Source: a virus | Taxonomy: Duplodnaviria; Caudoviricetes | Length of the DNA stretch: 62,768 nucleotides | IMG/VR virus record: IMGVR_UViG_3300020123_000165 | Coordinates: 1-62,768 of that record | Reading direction: 5' to 3' (one strand) | In this document: piece by piece, positions 1 through 8,484 of the stretch | Layout of the letters: every line of letters starts with the position of its first letter | How positions within the stretch are numbered: position 1 is the stretch's first letter | Notes under the pieces: model-generated | Databases searched by the model: none | Seen by the model: only the letters and a program-made list of their open reading frames with translations | Told to the model about the DNA's origin: nothing | Made by a program: the position numbers and the translations under genes

Positions 1-127
1 ACGTCATGGGTCACTGCGTCGGCGACTATTGCGACGATGTAGCTTCTGGCCAGACAGGTATCTACTCTCTGCGAGACAAGAGCGGAAAGTCTCACGTAAC
101 GATTGAGACTAGCAAAAGTAAGAGAGT
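1..127. repeat. 127-bp terminal direct repeat (copy 1), probable assembly circularisation overlap
   Basis: Identical to 62642-62768; a reading frame runs straight through the junction. Confidence 0.95.
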
Positions 128-683
128 TCCTGATAAAGAACCTTTACAGATTTACGAAGAACTTCCTCAAGAACTTCGACAGAAGCTTTATAATCGTCAT
201 GGCCCCGAAAGTGAGCTAGGATTCTCTGAACGTATCTGGACAGATCCTGATATGCGAAAATATGTGGCCGAGAATTATCCTCTTACGCATAATCTTGAAC
301 AGATTCAGCAGATCAAAGGCTCAGGTAAGAAAGACTCGATGCAGCGCATTCTACCTGAGGACATTCCCAAGTATCAACCATACCTCAAAGACTTTCTCAA
401 TAGTCAGCCCTGGGGAACCGTAAAGGACATGAAGAACACTGGGTTGATAGATTCTCATGTACGCTACACTCCGGCAAAGGAGCAAGGCCTTCCTCGCTTC
501 ATGACGGAAGAAGAACTGAAGCCATACCAGGATGTTTTTGGTAAGTCCGATATGGAAAAAGCTATTGATGATCCCAATTTTGGTCAAGGTTGGGAGCCGG
601 ATGAGCAAATTGAGTTTGCTAATGGTGGTTTGGTCCGAGAGCCGGACTATTTTCAGGATCTTGACGCGTTCCTTGCTCGGTAG
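1..683 (+). CDS. C-terminal part of a 682-aa PcfJ-like-domain protein that starts at 61276 and spans the origin
   Basis: In frame across the junction; motif EGDVMGHCVGDY..G...IYSLRD..G..HVTIE is typical of PcfJ-like domains; ends with FANGGLV tag. Confidence 0.8.
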   Translation, partial: VMGHCVGDYCDDVASGQTGIYSLRDKSGKSHVTIETSKSKRVPDKEPLQIYEELPQELRQKLYNRHGPESELGFSERIWTDPDMRKYVAENYPLTHNLEQIQQIKGSGKKDSMQRILPEDIPKYQPYLKDFLNSQPWGTVKDMKNTGLIDSHVRYTPAKEQGLPRFMTEEELKPYQDVFGKSDMEKAIDDPNFGQGWEPDEQIEFANGGLVREPDYFQDLDAFLAR

Positions 684-718
684 TTGAGGTATAATAAGAA
701 AAATTTTCGGAGAAACTC

Positions 719-856
719 ATGCCTCTAGCTAAGTCCGCCTCTAAAAAGGCCGTCTCCAAGAACATCAAGACCGAGATAGCCGCGGGGAAGCCTCAGAAAC
801 AGGCTGTCGCTATTGCTCTATCAGTTCAACGGAAAGCCAAATCACGTGGAAAATGA
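719..856 (+). CDS. Small basic phage protein (45 aa, MPLAKSASKKAVSKNIKTEIAAGKPQKQAVAIALS)
   Basis: Read manually (below track cutoff); GGAG RBS; KPQKQAVAIALS motif common before portal genes. Confidence 0.8.
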   Translation: MPLAKSASKKAVSKNIKTEIAAGKPQKQAVAIALSVQRKAKSRGK

Positions 857-3539
857 CCTCAACCCCTTAACTTTGGGTGAGACTCCTGAAGATTTGATCG
901 AGAACCCCGATGGTTCGGTGGATGTGCCTCTCGAAGACTCTTCCGAGCCCCATTCTGGCGAGTTTATGGAGAATCTGGCGGAGGAATTGCCAGAAAGTGA
1001 GCTTATCGACATCGCCACTGAGCTTTGTGAGCTCATTGAGAAGGACAAGAAGAGCCGTGAAAAACGTGATAAGCAGTATCAGGAAGGCCTTCGTCGCACT
1101 GGTTTGGGTGACGATGCTCCAGGCGGAGCTGAGTTTGAGGGCGCTTCTAAGGTGGTACATCCAGTGTTGGCCGAAGCCTGTGTGGATTTTGCTAGTCGCG
1201 CAATCAAAGAACTGTTCCCGGCCTCTGGTCCTGTAAAGCCTTGGGTCATTGGGACCATTTCACCAGAGAAGCTTGAGCGGGCCAATCGTAAGACTCGGTA
1301 CATGAACTGGCAGCTCACGACCCAGATCAAAGAGTATCGTGATGAGCTGGAACAGATCCTGACTCAGGTCCCGATGGGTGGTAGCCAGTACCAAAAGTTC
1401 TGGTATGATGAGCGCTTTCATCGAGCTAAGGTCGAATTTGTCCCAATCGACGATGTCTTTCTGCCGTTCTCTGCCACCAATTTCTACACGGCTCAGCGAG
1501 TAACTCATCGCCAGTCGATCACGAAGTATGAGTATCAAGAACGAGTCAAATCAGGGCTCTATCGTGACATCTTCATACCGTCGAAGAACTCGGCTCCTGA
1601 GCAATCTCGGTCAGCGAAAGCTAATGACAAGATCGAAGGTCGTGAAGAAGACGGTTACAATGAGGATGGCCTTCGCGCTATCCTGGAGATCTATACCTGG
1701 CGTGGACTCGAAGGCGATGAACTGACCGCTGGGGAGTACGCCCCTTACATCATCACCATCGATGAAGACACCGAAGAAGTCTTGGCTATCTATCGAAACT
1801 GGAAAGAGAACGATCCCACTTTCGAGAAGCTGGACTGGTTCGTCGAATGGAAGTTCATCCCCTGGCGAGGCGCATATGCGATTGGTCTTCCTCATCTTAT
1901 TGGCGGCCTTAGTGCTGCTCTTACAGGTTCTCTGCGGGCCTTACTCGACTCTGCCCATATAAACAATGCCGCGACTATGCTCAAACTCAAGAGCGGTCGC
2001 ATCATTGGACAGAACACTCAGGTCAACGTAACACAGGTACAGGATATTGAAGGTCCTGCGGGTATTGACGACATTCGCAAGCTCGCGATGCCGATGCCGT
2101 TCAATCCCCCGAGCCCCGTCCTATTCCAGCTCATGCAAGAGCTGTATGGCCTGGCTAAGGGCGTAGTTGCTACGGCTGAGGAGAAGATTGGCCAGGTGGG
2201 CGATCGTACTCCAGTCGGAACGACGATGGCATTGATTGAGCAAGGATCAAACACCTACTCAGCCATCCACGCTCGTCTACATGAGTCTCAGAAGAAGGCT
2301 CTGGCCATTCTGCACCGCATCAATCAGGATTACCTGGATGAGCAGAATTCTACCTTTGATCTGGGTGAACAGACAGTATCTCGAGAAGACTTCCAGGGAA
2401 CAATGGACGTCATCCCAGTCTCTGATCCCACGATCTTCTCTGAGGCTCAACGATTCGCTCAAGCTCAAGCCGTCCTTCAGATGGCTCAGCAAGATGCGGG
2501 GAATCCGAAGGTTCCATGGAATCAAATTGCGGTACGTCGCCGGATCCTGAAGCAGATGCGAATCGAGGGGGTAGATGAACTTCTACCTGCTGAGAAAGAA
2601 CCTATCACCTCGGACTCCCTGACCGAGAACACAATGCTTCTTCAGGGCCATCCACTGGAAGCCGCTCCAGAGCAAGACCATTATATGCATATCCAGTCGC
2701 ATATGATGTTTTTGTCCAGCCCGATTCAACTGAAGAATCCGCTGGTTCAACCTCAGGTATTGATGCAGCTGCTAGGGCATATTGGAGAGCATATTCAGAT
2801 GTACCAGACTCGCTTGGTCATGAGTATCGCTGAGCAAGGCGGCATGCAAGATCAGGCCATTCTTCAGGGTATGGTGAAAGCTCAACAGGTTCTCACTACC
2901 CAGCTTGGTGAGCTTCTTACCCAGATTCCCCAAATTCAACAAGAGCTCCAGAAGCGTATTCCTCAGGCTCCAATGCCTCCTGAAGTTCAGGCCTCCCTCC
3001 AGATTGCTCAGATGGATACGCAACGTAAGGCTCAGTTCGATCAGGCCACTATCCAGTCTAAGCAAGCTGAACAACAAGCGGCTCAGCAGTTGGAGAATGC
3101 TAAGGTTCAGATGAAGCAGGCTGAGATGCAGTTCAATCAACAGGTTGAACAGATGAATCAGCAATTTGAGCAGCAGATGCGTCAGCTTGAGCTGAAGATC
3201 GAGAATGACTCTCATCAGGCACGCCAGCAAGTTGAGCTCATGAAGAATGAACAGGACAATCATCAGAAACAGATGACTGACCTGATCAAGAATCGAGATG
3301 ATAATGAGACTAAGGTTCTCATCGCACAGATGAGTAAGCAACTGGAGGCTATGACCCAAGTTAAGCCTCCGGAGAGCCCTATTGCTTCTCAAGTAGACCT
3401 CACTCCGCAGATCGAACAGCTTAATGGCCTTCTGGATCAACTGGGCAAGCAGCAAACTAGTGACGCCTTAGCTGAGACCATGAACAGTCTGAAAGCTATG
3501 GTCGAAGGTTTGAGTCAACCAACCACTAAGGTATACTGA
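846..3539 (+). CDS. Portal protein with long Q-rich coiled-coil C-terminus
   Basis: Position near terL; VHPVLAEACVDF, MNWQL, PVGTTMALIEQG..YSAIHARLH motifs; GTG 846 preferred over the track's TTG 813. Confidence 0.9.
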   Translation: MENDLNPLTLGETPEDLIENPDGSVDVPLEDSSEPHSGEFMENLAEELPESELIDIATELCELIEKDKKSREKRDKQYQEGLRRTGLGDDAPGGAEFEGASKVVHPVLAEACVDFASRAIKELFPASGPVKPWVIGTISPEKLERANRKTRYMNWQLTTQIKEYRDELEQILTQVPMGGSQYQKFWYDERFHRAKVEFVPIDDVFLPFSATNFYTAQRVTHRQSITKYEYQERVKSGLYRDIFIPSKNSAPEQSRSAKANDKIEGREEDGYNEDGLRAILEIYTWRGLEGDELTAGEYAPYIITIDEDTEEVLAIYRNWKENDPTFEKLDWFVEWKFIPWRGAYAIGLPHLIGGLSAALTGSLRALLDSAHINNAATMLKLKSGRIIGQNTQVNVTQVQDIEGPAGIDDIRKLAMPMPFNPPSPVLFQLMQELYGLAKGVVATAEEKIGQVGDRTPVGTTMALIEQGSNTYSAIHARLHESQKKALAILHRINQDYLDEQNSTFDLGEQTVSREDFQGTMDVIPVSDPTIFSEAQRFAQAQAVLQMAQQDAGNPKVPWNQIAVRRRILKQMRIEGVDELLPAEKEPITSDSLTENTMLLQGHPLEAAPEQDHYMHIQSHMMFLSSPIQLKNPLVQPQVLMQLLGHIGEHIQMYQTRLVMSIAEQGGMQDQAILQGMVKAQQVLTTQLGELLTQIPQIQQELQKRIPQAPMPPEVQASLQIAQMDTQRKAQFDQATIQSKQAEQQAAQQLENAKVQMKQAEMQFNQQVEQMNQQFEQQMRQLELKIENDSHQARQQVELMKNEQDNHQKQMTDLIKNRDDNETKVLIAQMSKQLEAMTQVKPPESPIASQVDLTPQIEQLNGLLDQLGKQQTSDALAETMNSLKAMVEGLSQPTTKVY

Positions 3540-4045
3540 TGACAGACTTCAATTCAGCCTTTGATAAGATGATTGTCAATGAAGGCGGGTATAAACTCAC
3601 TGAGGTGAAGGGTGATCGGGGCGGGCAGACCTATGCCGGGATCGCTCGGAAAGCTTGGCCGCGTTGGGATGGTTGGACAGCTATCGATGATGGCCAAACA
3701 CCTTCTACTCAGTCGGTCCGCGACTTCTACAAAGTCAACTTTTGGGACAAGGTTCAGGGAGATTTCCTGGAGCATCAGCGAGTAGCGGTAAGCCTGTTTG
3801 ACTTCGCCGTCAACGCAGGTGTTAAGACGGCCATCAAGTTGGCTCAGATCATCGCTGGCACAGCTCCGGACGGAGTGCTCGGGGATAAGACTCTCGGTGC
3901 TCTCAACACCATTCCCGAGGATGATTTCGTCGCTCGCTATGCCCTGGCCAAGGTCGCTCGTTACGCACAGATTGTTACACATGACCGCTCACAAGGCAAG
4001 TTTCTCCTGGGCTGGATTAACCGTACACTTCGGGAGGTCGTATGA
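3539..4045 (+). CDS. Endolysin, glycoside hydrolase family 108 with C-terminal peptidoglycan-binding domain
   Basis: EGGY..DRGGQTYAGI motif; FDFAVNAG; FLLGWINR. Confidence 0.92.
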   Translation: MTDFNSAFDKMIVNEGGYKLTEVKGDRGGQTYAGIARKAWPRWDGWTAIDDGQTPSTQSVRDFYKVNFWDKVQGDFLEHQRVAVSLFDFAVNAGVKTAIKLAQIIAGTAPDGVLGDKTLGALNTIPEDDFVARYALAKVARYAQIVTHDRSQGKFLLGWINRTLREVV

Positions 4046-4455
4046 GTATTCTAACTGACTTGGTCTCGGGCGGTGTAGGTGGAATCATTGAGTCTGTGGG
4101 CAAGGTGGCCGGGGATTTGATCACCACTGACAAAGAACGAATGCAGGCAGACCTGGATGCCTACAACGCGGAAACGACGCGGATGCAGGGGCAGGTGGAT
4201 GTCAATAAGATCGAGGCGGGTAGCAGTTCCTTCTTCGTGGCCGGCGCTCGCCCCTTCATCATGTGGATCTGCGGTATCGCCTTCGCATATGCCAGTGTGG
4301 TGGAGCCGATGCTCAGGTTCGGCGCGAAGGTCTGGTTCGGCTATCACGGTGACTTTCCTATCATCGACACCAACCTGACTATGCAAGTCCTCTTCGGTAT
4401 CCTGGGGCTTGGAGTAATGCGTAGCTACGACAAGAAAGCCGGCACTGCCAAGTGA
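4042..4455 (+). CDS. Holin (3TM/GTA-type)
   Basis: ARPFIMWICG and LGLGVMRSYDK motifs, hydrophobic segments, adjacent to lysin. Confidence 0.85.
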   Translation: MSILTDLVSGGVGGIIESVGKVAGDLITTDKERMQADLDAYNAETTRMQGQVDVNKIEAGSSSFFVAGARPFIMWICGIAFAYASVVEPMLRFGAKVWFGYHGDFPIIDTNLTMQVLFGILGLGVMRSYDKKAGTAK

Positions 4456-4471
4456 CTAAAGGACACTAGCA

Positions 4472-4786
4472 ATGGACACTCAAATCATTCTACTAATTAT
4501 CTCTGGCACCGGCGTGGTCATGTGGTACTTGCTTAGGCAAAAGGACCAACAGCAGGCCGACTCTATCGCCCTCCTGTTCAAGAAGCATGACGATGACTAT
4601 GCTGAGCTACAGGCTTTGAAATTACAAATTGCCTCACACTACTATGTCAAGAGTGAGCTGGATGTGAAGTTTGATAGGCTGGAGACGGCCTTCAACAACG
4701 GCTTTAATACTCTAGGCCTGAAGTTCGATAAGCTTGGAGATGCCCTGACAAACCATATCAATATGGAAGACGTACGTAAGCCCTAA
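4472..4786 (+). CDS. Membrane-anchored coiled-coil protein of the lysis module
   Basis: N-terminal TM helix then heptad-like region; follows holin. Confidence 0.6.
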   Translation: MDTQIILLIISGTGVVMWYLLRQKDQQQADSIALLFKKHDDDYAELQALKLQIASHYYVKSELDVKFDRLETAFNNGFNTLGLKFDKLGDALTNHINMEDVRKP

Positions 4787-4806
4787 ATTAATTCATACTC
4801 AGCCAG

Positions 4807-4828
4807 ATACCCCTTCGGGGGTATTTTT
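4807..4828 (+). terminator. Intrinsic terminator
   Basis: ATACCCC-TTCG-GGGGTAT followed by T run. Confidence 0.9.
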
Positions 4829-4852
4829 GTAGACGAGTTTCAAATATATTGG

Positions 4853-4869
4853 GCTTGACGTGGTAAAAT
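4853..4869 (+). promoter_or_regulatory. Putative late promoter (extended -10 TGgTAAAAT)
   Basis: GCTTGACGTGGTAAAAT, 15/17 identical to 59940-59956; after terminator, before head operon. Confidence 0.5.
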
Positions 4870-4914
4870 TTGAACTAGGCAAGACCCAGTCACTCATCAT
4901 GCAAGGAGAAAGAA

Positions 4915-5073
4915 ATGGGAAAGTTGGCTCAGCAACTCAGCGGGCAAAGCCAAGTCAAGGCTTATAAGAACGGCGGTAAGGTCAATGATGATGCTAAGGC
5001 AGATAAGAAGCTCATCAAAGAAGAACTCAAGAAGAGTGGCTGTATGAAGCGCGGTGGAAAGGTGAAGAAATAA
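4915..5073 (+). CDS. Small Lys-rich protein (52 aa) with two GG tags (YKNGGKV, MKRGGKV)
   Basis: Read manually; AAGGAG RBS; stop overlaps next ATG. Confidence 0.8.
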   Translation: MGKLAQQLSGQSQVKAYKNGGKVNDDAKADKKLIKEELKKSGCMKRGGKVKK

Positions 5074-5249
5074 TGGCCAAGTTCCTGGTTACCTATGCCG
5101 ATGGCTCTCAGAAAACTGAGGAGCAATCCGACTGCTCTACGGTAGAGCAATTCATCAACTGCCGCTTCGGTACGGCCGATACTTCTGGTGTCAAGGTCGA
5201 GCTGGAAGGTGAGGAAGCTCCAGTGGCTAAGAAGGCCAAAGGTAAGTGA
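5073..5249 (+). CDS. Hypothetical protein (58 aa, MAKFLVTYADGSQK...)
   Basis: Read manually; TAATG and GTGA coupling to neighbours. Confidence 0.7.
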   Translation: MAKFLVTYADGSQKTEEQSDCSTVEQFINCRFGTADTSGVKVELEGEEAPVAKKAKGK

Positions 5250-5428
5250 GCCTTACTGGTCAACTCGTCCTGAGTATCAAGAACCGGATTCAAGAACTCC
5301 GGGAGGATCTATCGGACCTTTCTGCCACTGATCTATATGTAGTTGGTAAACTACAAGGCAGGATCCAGGGCCTTAAAGAGTCACTGATGCTCCTGGAGAA
5401 CCTCATAGAAGAGACCGACAAAGATTAA
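5246..5428 (+). CDS. Hypothetical small helical protein
   Basis: ORF track; coupled to previous gene; Y..GKLQG..QGL motif. Confidence 0.7.
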   Translation: MSLTGQLVLSIKNRIQELREDLSDLSATDLYVVGKLQGRIQGLKESLMLLENLIEETDKD

Positions 5429-5495
5429 GTCTACCTCACTCTCCGACGGGAGAGGACATCTGCCCCGATGTCATGAGGTAGACCCTAATGGGGCA
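5429..5495 (+). ncRNA. Putative structured RNA: three-way junction with pseudoknot, upstream of groES
   Basis: Perfect stems 5429-38/5474-83, 5439-44/5449-54, 5455-60/5467-72; loop TGCCCC complementary to GGGGCA at 5490-95. Confidence 0.7.
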
Positions 5496-5510
5496 TATTG
5501 GAGAATCGAA

Positions 5511-5918
5511 GTGATTCCAGCATCAAAGTTAGAAGACGCCTTCCCGGCGGTAGAACCTGGCGTGTATCCATTGGGCACCCGTGTCTTGGTTCAACTTCGG
5601 ACGGTACGACAGAAGACCGCCTCGGGGATTGTCCTGGTGGAGGACACCAAGCAATTTAATAAGGTGACCACTCAACTGGCCAAGGTAGTTCAACTTGGCC
5701 CCATCTCCTTCTGTAATCGCGAGTCAGCCAAACCCTGGCCTGAAGGTGTCTGGGTGCGAGCAGGTGACTTCATTCGGATGCCCAAGTATGGCGGTGATCG
5801 CTTCGAGCGAAAGATTCCCGGCACCGAGGATACCGCCCTCTTTGCTATCTTCCAGGATCATGAGATCATCGCAAAGGTAGACCCATCGGCCTTCGAAGAA
5901 CTGGACGACATACTATGA
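5511..5918 (+). CDS. groES: GroES-like co-chaperonin
   Basis: PLGTRVLV..KTASGIVL..AKVVQLGP..GD..KYGG motifs; GTG start after GGAG. Confidence 0.9.
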   Translation: MIPASKLEDAFPAVEPGVYPLGTRVLVQLRTVRQKTASGIVLVEDTKQFNKVTTQLAKVVQLGPISFCNRESAKPWPEGVWVRAGDFIRMPKYGGDRFERKIPGTEDTALFAIFQDHEIIAKVDPSAFEELDDIL

Positions 5919-6229
5919 GTGCCGATACTCAAGTCGAGGATATGATCCTCCGTAAAGGCCTGACCGCTCCGCGTGTCACTCCCGCTCAGATCGAAGCTTT
6001 GGTGGGTCGAGTACATCACACTTATGAGGTCCAGGGCACCTCAACTTTCTGTCATGCCTTTCTGGATGGGAAGTTCTACCTGGGCTCGGGCCACTCCGCC
6101 TGTGTGTCTCCTGAGAACTTTGATGAGGGAGTGGGTCGCACGGTCGCCTTCAATAATGTAGGGACAGTCGTACGCAATAAGCTTTGGGAACTCGAAGGCT
6201 ACTCTCTGTACAAGGAACTCAACAAATGA
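5915..6229 (+). CDS. N4 Gp49/Sf6 gp66 family protein (Acb4-like nucleotide sponge candidate)
   Basis: GLTAPRVT..IE, GHSACVSPENFDEGVG, KLWELEGY motifs. Confidence 0.8.
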   Translation: MSADTQVEDMILRKGLTAPRVTPAQIEALVGRVHHTYEVQGTSTFCHAFLDGKFYLGSGHSACVSPENFDEGVGRTVAFNNVGTVVRNKLWELEGYSLYKELNK

Positions 6230-6381
6230 AACTTCGATTTGAACTGACGCCGGAAGAGGCCAACCTGGTAGTAGCTGGCTTGTTGGAACTGCCCGCCAAG
6301 AATTCGATGGCCCTGATCCAGAACCTGCAACAGCAAGCTGCTGCTCAGCTTACCCCCAAGGAGGAGAACAATAATGGCTGA
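6226..6381 (+). CDS. Hypothetical protein (51 aa)
   Basis: ATG 6226 overlaps previous stop; L.ELP...S..LI..LQQQA pattern. Confidence 0.7.
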   Translation: MKLRFELTPEEANLVVAGLLELPAKNSMALIQNLQQQAAAQLTPKEENNNG

Positions 6382-7324
6382 TGAGATTGAACTAAATATC
6401 GAGACGGGTGAAGAGGTTCTTAAGAACTCTGCGCCTGAAGATGAGCATCTTGACCAACCAGAGGGAGTCAAGGAGGAGGGTGATGAAGATCGTCCTCTTA
6501 ATACCGACAACGCCTCGGATGAGGAGCTCAACAATGCCGAAGACGATGAAGAACGAGAAGCAATTCGTGAGCGTCGTCGTCAAGAGCGCAAGCATCGTAA
6601 AGAGGCTCAGCGTGAACGTGAAGATACCCTTCGCCGAGAACTGGCTTCACGTGATGCAGTCATCAATGAGCTTCGTGGTAAGGTTGACCTTATTGAGCGT
6701 CGCAATACCGGGAGTGAGCTAGCTCAGGTAGACAATGCCATCCAGCAAGCTCAATCTGCCTACGCTTTCTTCAAGAACCAAATCCAGGTCGCCACTGAGG
6801 CTCAGAATGGCGCAGCGGTAGCTGATGCCACTGAGAACCTCTTCAAGTCTCAACGCAAGATTGAGGAACTGAATGGGCTGAAGAATGCTTTCTCTCAGCG
6901 TCAAGCTCAGCCCCAGCCCCTCGATCCCCGCATGAAGACACATGCTGAAGGCTGGATGAAACGCAACTCCTGGTATGACCCAACGGGTCGGGACCAAGAC
7001 TCTGAGATCGCTATGCGACTGGATCAGCGTATGGCCCAAGAAGGCTGGGATCCTACTACCGCCGAGTACTGGACGGAGTTGGATTCAAGAGTGAAAAAAT
7101 ATTTACCACATCGCGCAACTAGTGGTAAAATTCCCAGTAACAAGCCACGATCGGTTGTTACTGGATCTGGACGTGAAAGTAGTGGAAACGGTTCTTCTAC
7201 CACCTACAAACTTTCCGCTGATAGGGTTTCGGCTCTGAAAGAGGCTGGTATGTGGGATGATCCGAAGAAACGTGCTGAAGCTATCAAACGCTTCCGTGAC
7301 TATGACAAACAGAACAAGGCTTAA
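6374..7324 (+). CDS. Capsid scaffolding protein (probable)
   Basis: Acidic N-terminus, coiled coil, W..RNSWY; upstream of capsid genes. Confidence 0.7.
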   Translation: MADEIELNIETGEEVLKNSAPEDEHLDQPEGVKEEGDEDRPLNTDNASDEELNNAEDDEEREAIRERRRQERKHRKEAQREREDTLRRELASRDAVINELRGKVDLIERRNTGSELAQVDNAIQQAQSAYAFFKNQIQVATEAQNGAAVADATENLFKSQRKIEELNGLKNAFSQRQAQPQPLDPRMKTHAEGWMKRNSWYDPTGRDQDSEIAMRLDQRMAQEGWDPTTAEYWTELDSRVKKYLPHRATSGKIPSNKPRSVVTGSGRESSGNGSSTTYKLSADRVSALKEAGMWDDPKKRAEAIKRFRDYDKQNKA

Positions 7325-7336
7325 GGAGCGATCAGA

Positions 7337-7894
7337 ATGAGCGATAACAAAATTATGGGTAGCGATGACAGGCTGAAGAAGTCTGCGGCTCCAGGTGTTC
7401 GCGGTGATCGCGTAGAGGATGATGCCTCAAGAACGCAAGTCGATGGTACTGCTATGAGTATGGAAGAGCGTCGGAGAATGCTTCGCTCTGAAACCACTCA
7501 GGATGTGCTGCCGCAACCCCCTAACATGCCGGGCTGGCATTACTGCTGGTTATCTACTACGAACTCGACTGATCCAATCTACAAACGGATGCAGAAAGGT
7601 TACGAGCCCGTTCGGGTCAGTGAGATCCCGGGTTTTGCCCAGTTCACGGCAACTAGTGGGGAATTCGAAGGCTGTGTAGCTTGTAATGAGATGCTTCTCT
7701 TCAAGCTTCCAGAGGAGCTCTACCAGGAGTTGATGTTAATCAACCATTATGAGCGTCCGCTGGAAGAAGAGGAGATCCTCAAAGCTAATGCCGTAGATGC
7801 CGTCAAAGAACGTGATAGCGATGGCCGGGATCTGGGTGAAACCCAGGGCTTTGACTCCCTAGGCCGTCGTGTCAAACCACCTCAATTTGCTTAA
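7337..7894 (+). CDS. Conserved head-module protein
   Basis: PG..Y.W, GYEPV, NEMLL.K.P.E motifs; between scaffold and capsid. Confidence 0.6.
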   Translation: MSDNKIMGSDDRLKKSAAPGVRGDRVEDDASRTQVDGTAMSMEERRRMLRSETTQDVLPQPPNMPGWHYCWLSTTNSTDPIYKRMQKGYEPVRVSEIPGFAQFTATSGEFEGCVACNEMLLFKLPEELYQELMLINHYERPLEEEEILKANAVDAVKERDSDGRDLGETQGFDSLGRRVKPPQFA

Positions 7895-7903
7895 GGAATA
7901 AAC

Positions 7904-8473
7904 ATGGCACTTGTTGCTTCTCCTTCGGGCTTTTTGCTGCGTAAGAATCCTTCGGGCCAATCGCGCGCAAATACCTACACCATCGGCACCGGTTACGCCT
8001 CGGCTATCGGTTACGGTGATCCCGTTCTCCTCAACACCGACGGCACGCTGAACATTGCCACCGCTGGCGCTGATATCATCGGCATCTTCGCAGGTGTTCA
8101 GTACACCGACGCAACCGGCAAGCCGACGTTCTCCAAGAACTGGCCGGCCAACACCACGGCAACCAACATCGTTGCCTACGTGTATGACGATCCTACAGAT
8201 GTGTACGAAGTCCAGGTTGCCTCCGGTGGCACTGGCTACGTTCAAACTGCCATCGGTGCGCAGGCCAATGCAGTGTTCAATGCACCGAACGCTACCACCG
8301 GCCAGTCTACTTCTTCGCTGAACGCCACGCTGATCGCCGCCAGTTCGCAGGGTCAATTCCGTATCATCGGCTTTGGTCCAGATGGCGTGTATGATGCTAC
8401 CCTCAACCCGTTCCCGACTGTTTTGGTGCAGATTGCTCAGCATCAGTACATCGCTAACAAGACCGCTATCTAA
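7904..8473 (+). CDS. Capsid decoration/minor capsid protein
   Basis: Beta-rich, A/T/G-rich; YDDP..VYEVQ; directly before MCP; strongly biased codons. Confidence 0.7.
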   Translation: MALVASPSGFLLRKNPSGQSRANTYTIGTGYASAIGYGDPVLLNTDGTLNIATAGADIIGIFAGVQYTDATGKPTFSKNWPANTTATNIVAYVYDDPTDVYEVQVASGGTGYVQTAIGAQANAVFNAPNATTGQSTSSLNATLIAASSQGQFRIIGFGPDGVYDATLNPFPTVLVQIAQHQYIANKTAI

Positions 8474-8484
8474 GGAGAGCTAGA

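Noticed and set aside
813-845. Portal start at TTG 813 (and terL start at 57822)
   Set aside because: Both overlap upstream genes extensively; GTG 846 and ATG 57942 fit better.
2772-3455. Long Leu-rich antisense ORF (similarly 10136-10879, 21594-22238, 29855-30376)
   Set aside because: These are antisense or alternate-frame shadows of biased-codon genes, with no recognisable motifs.
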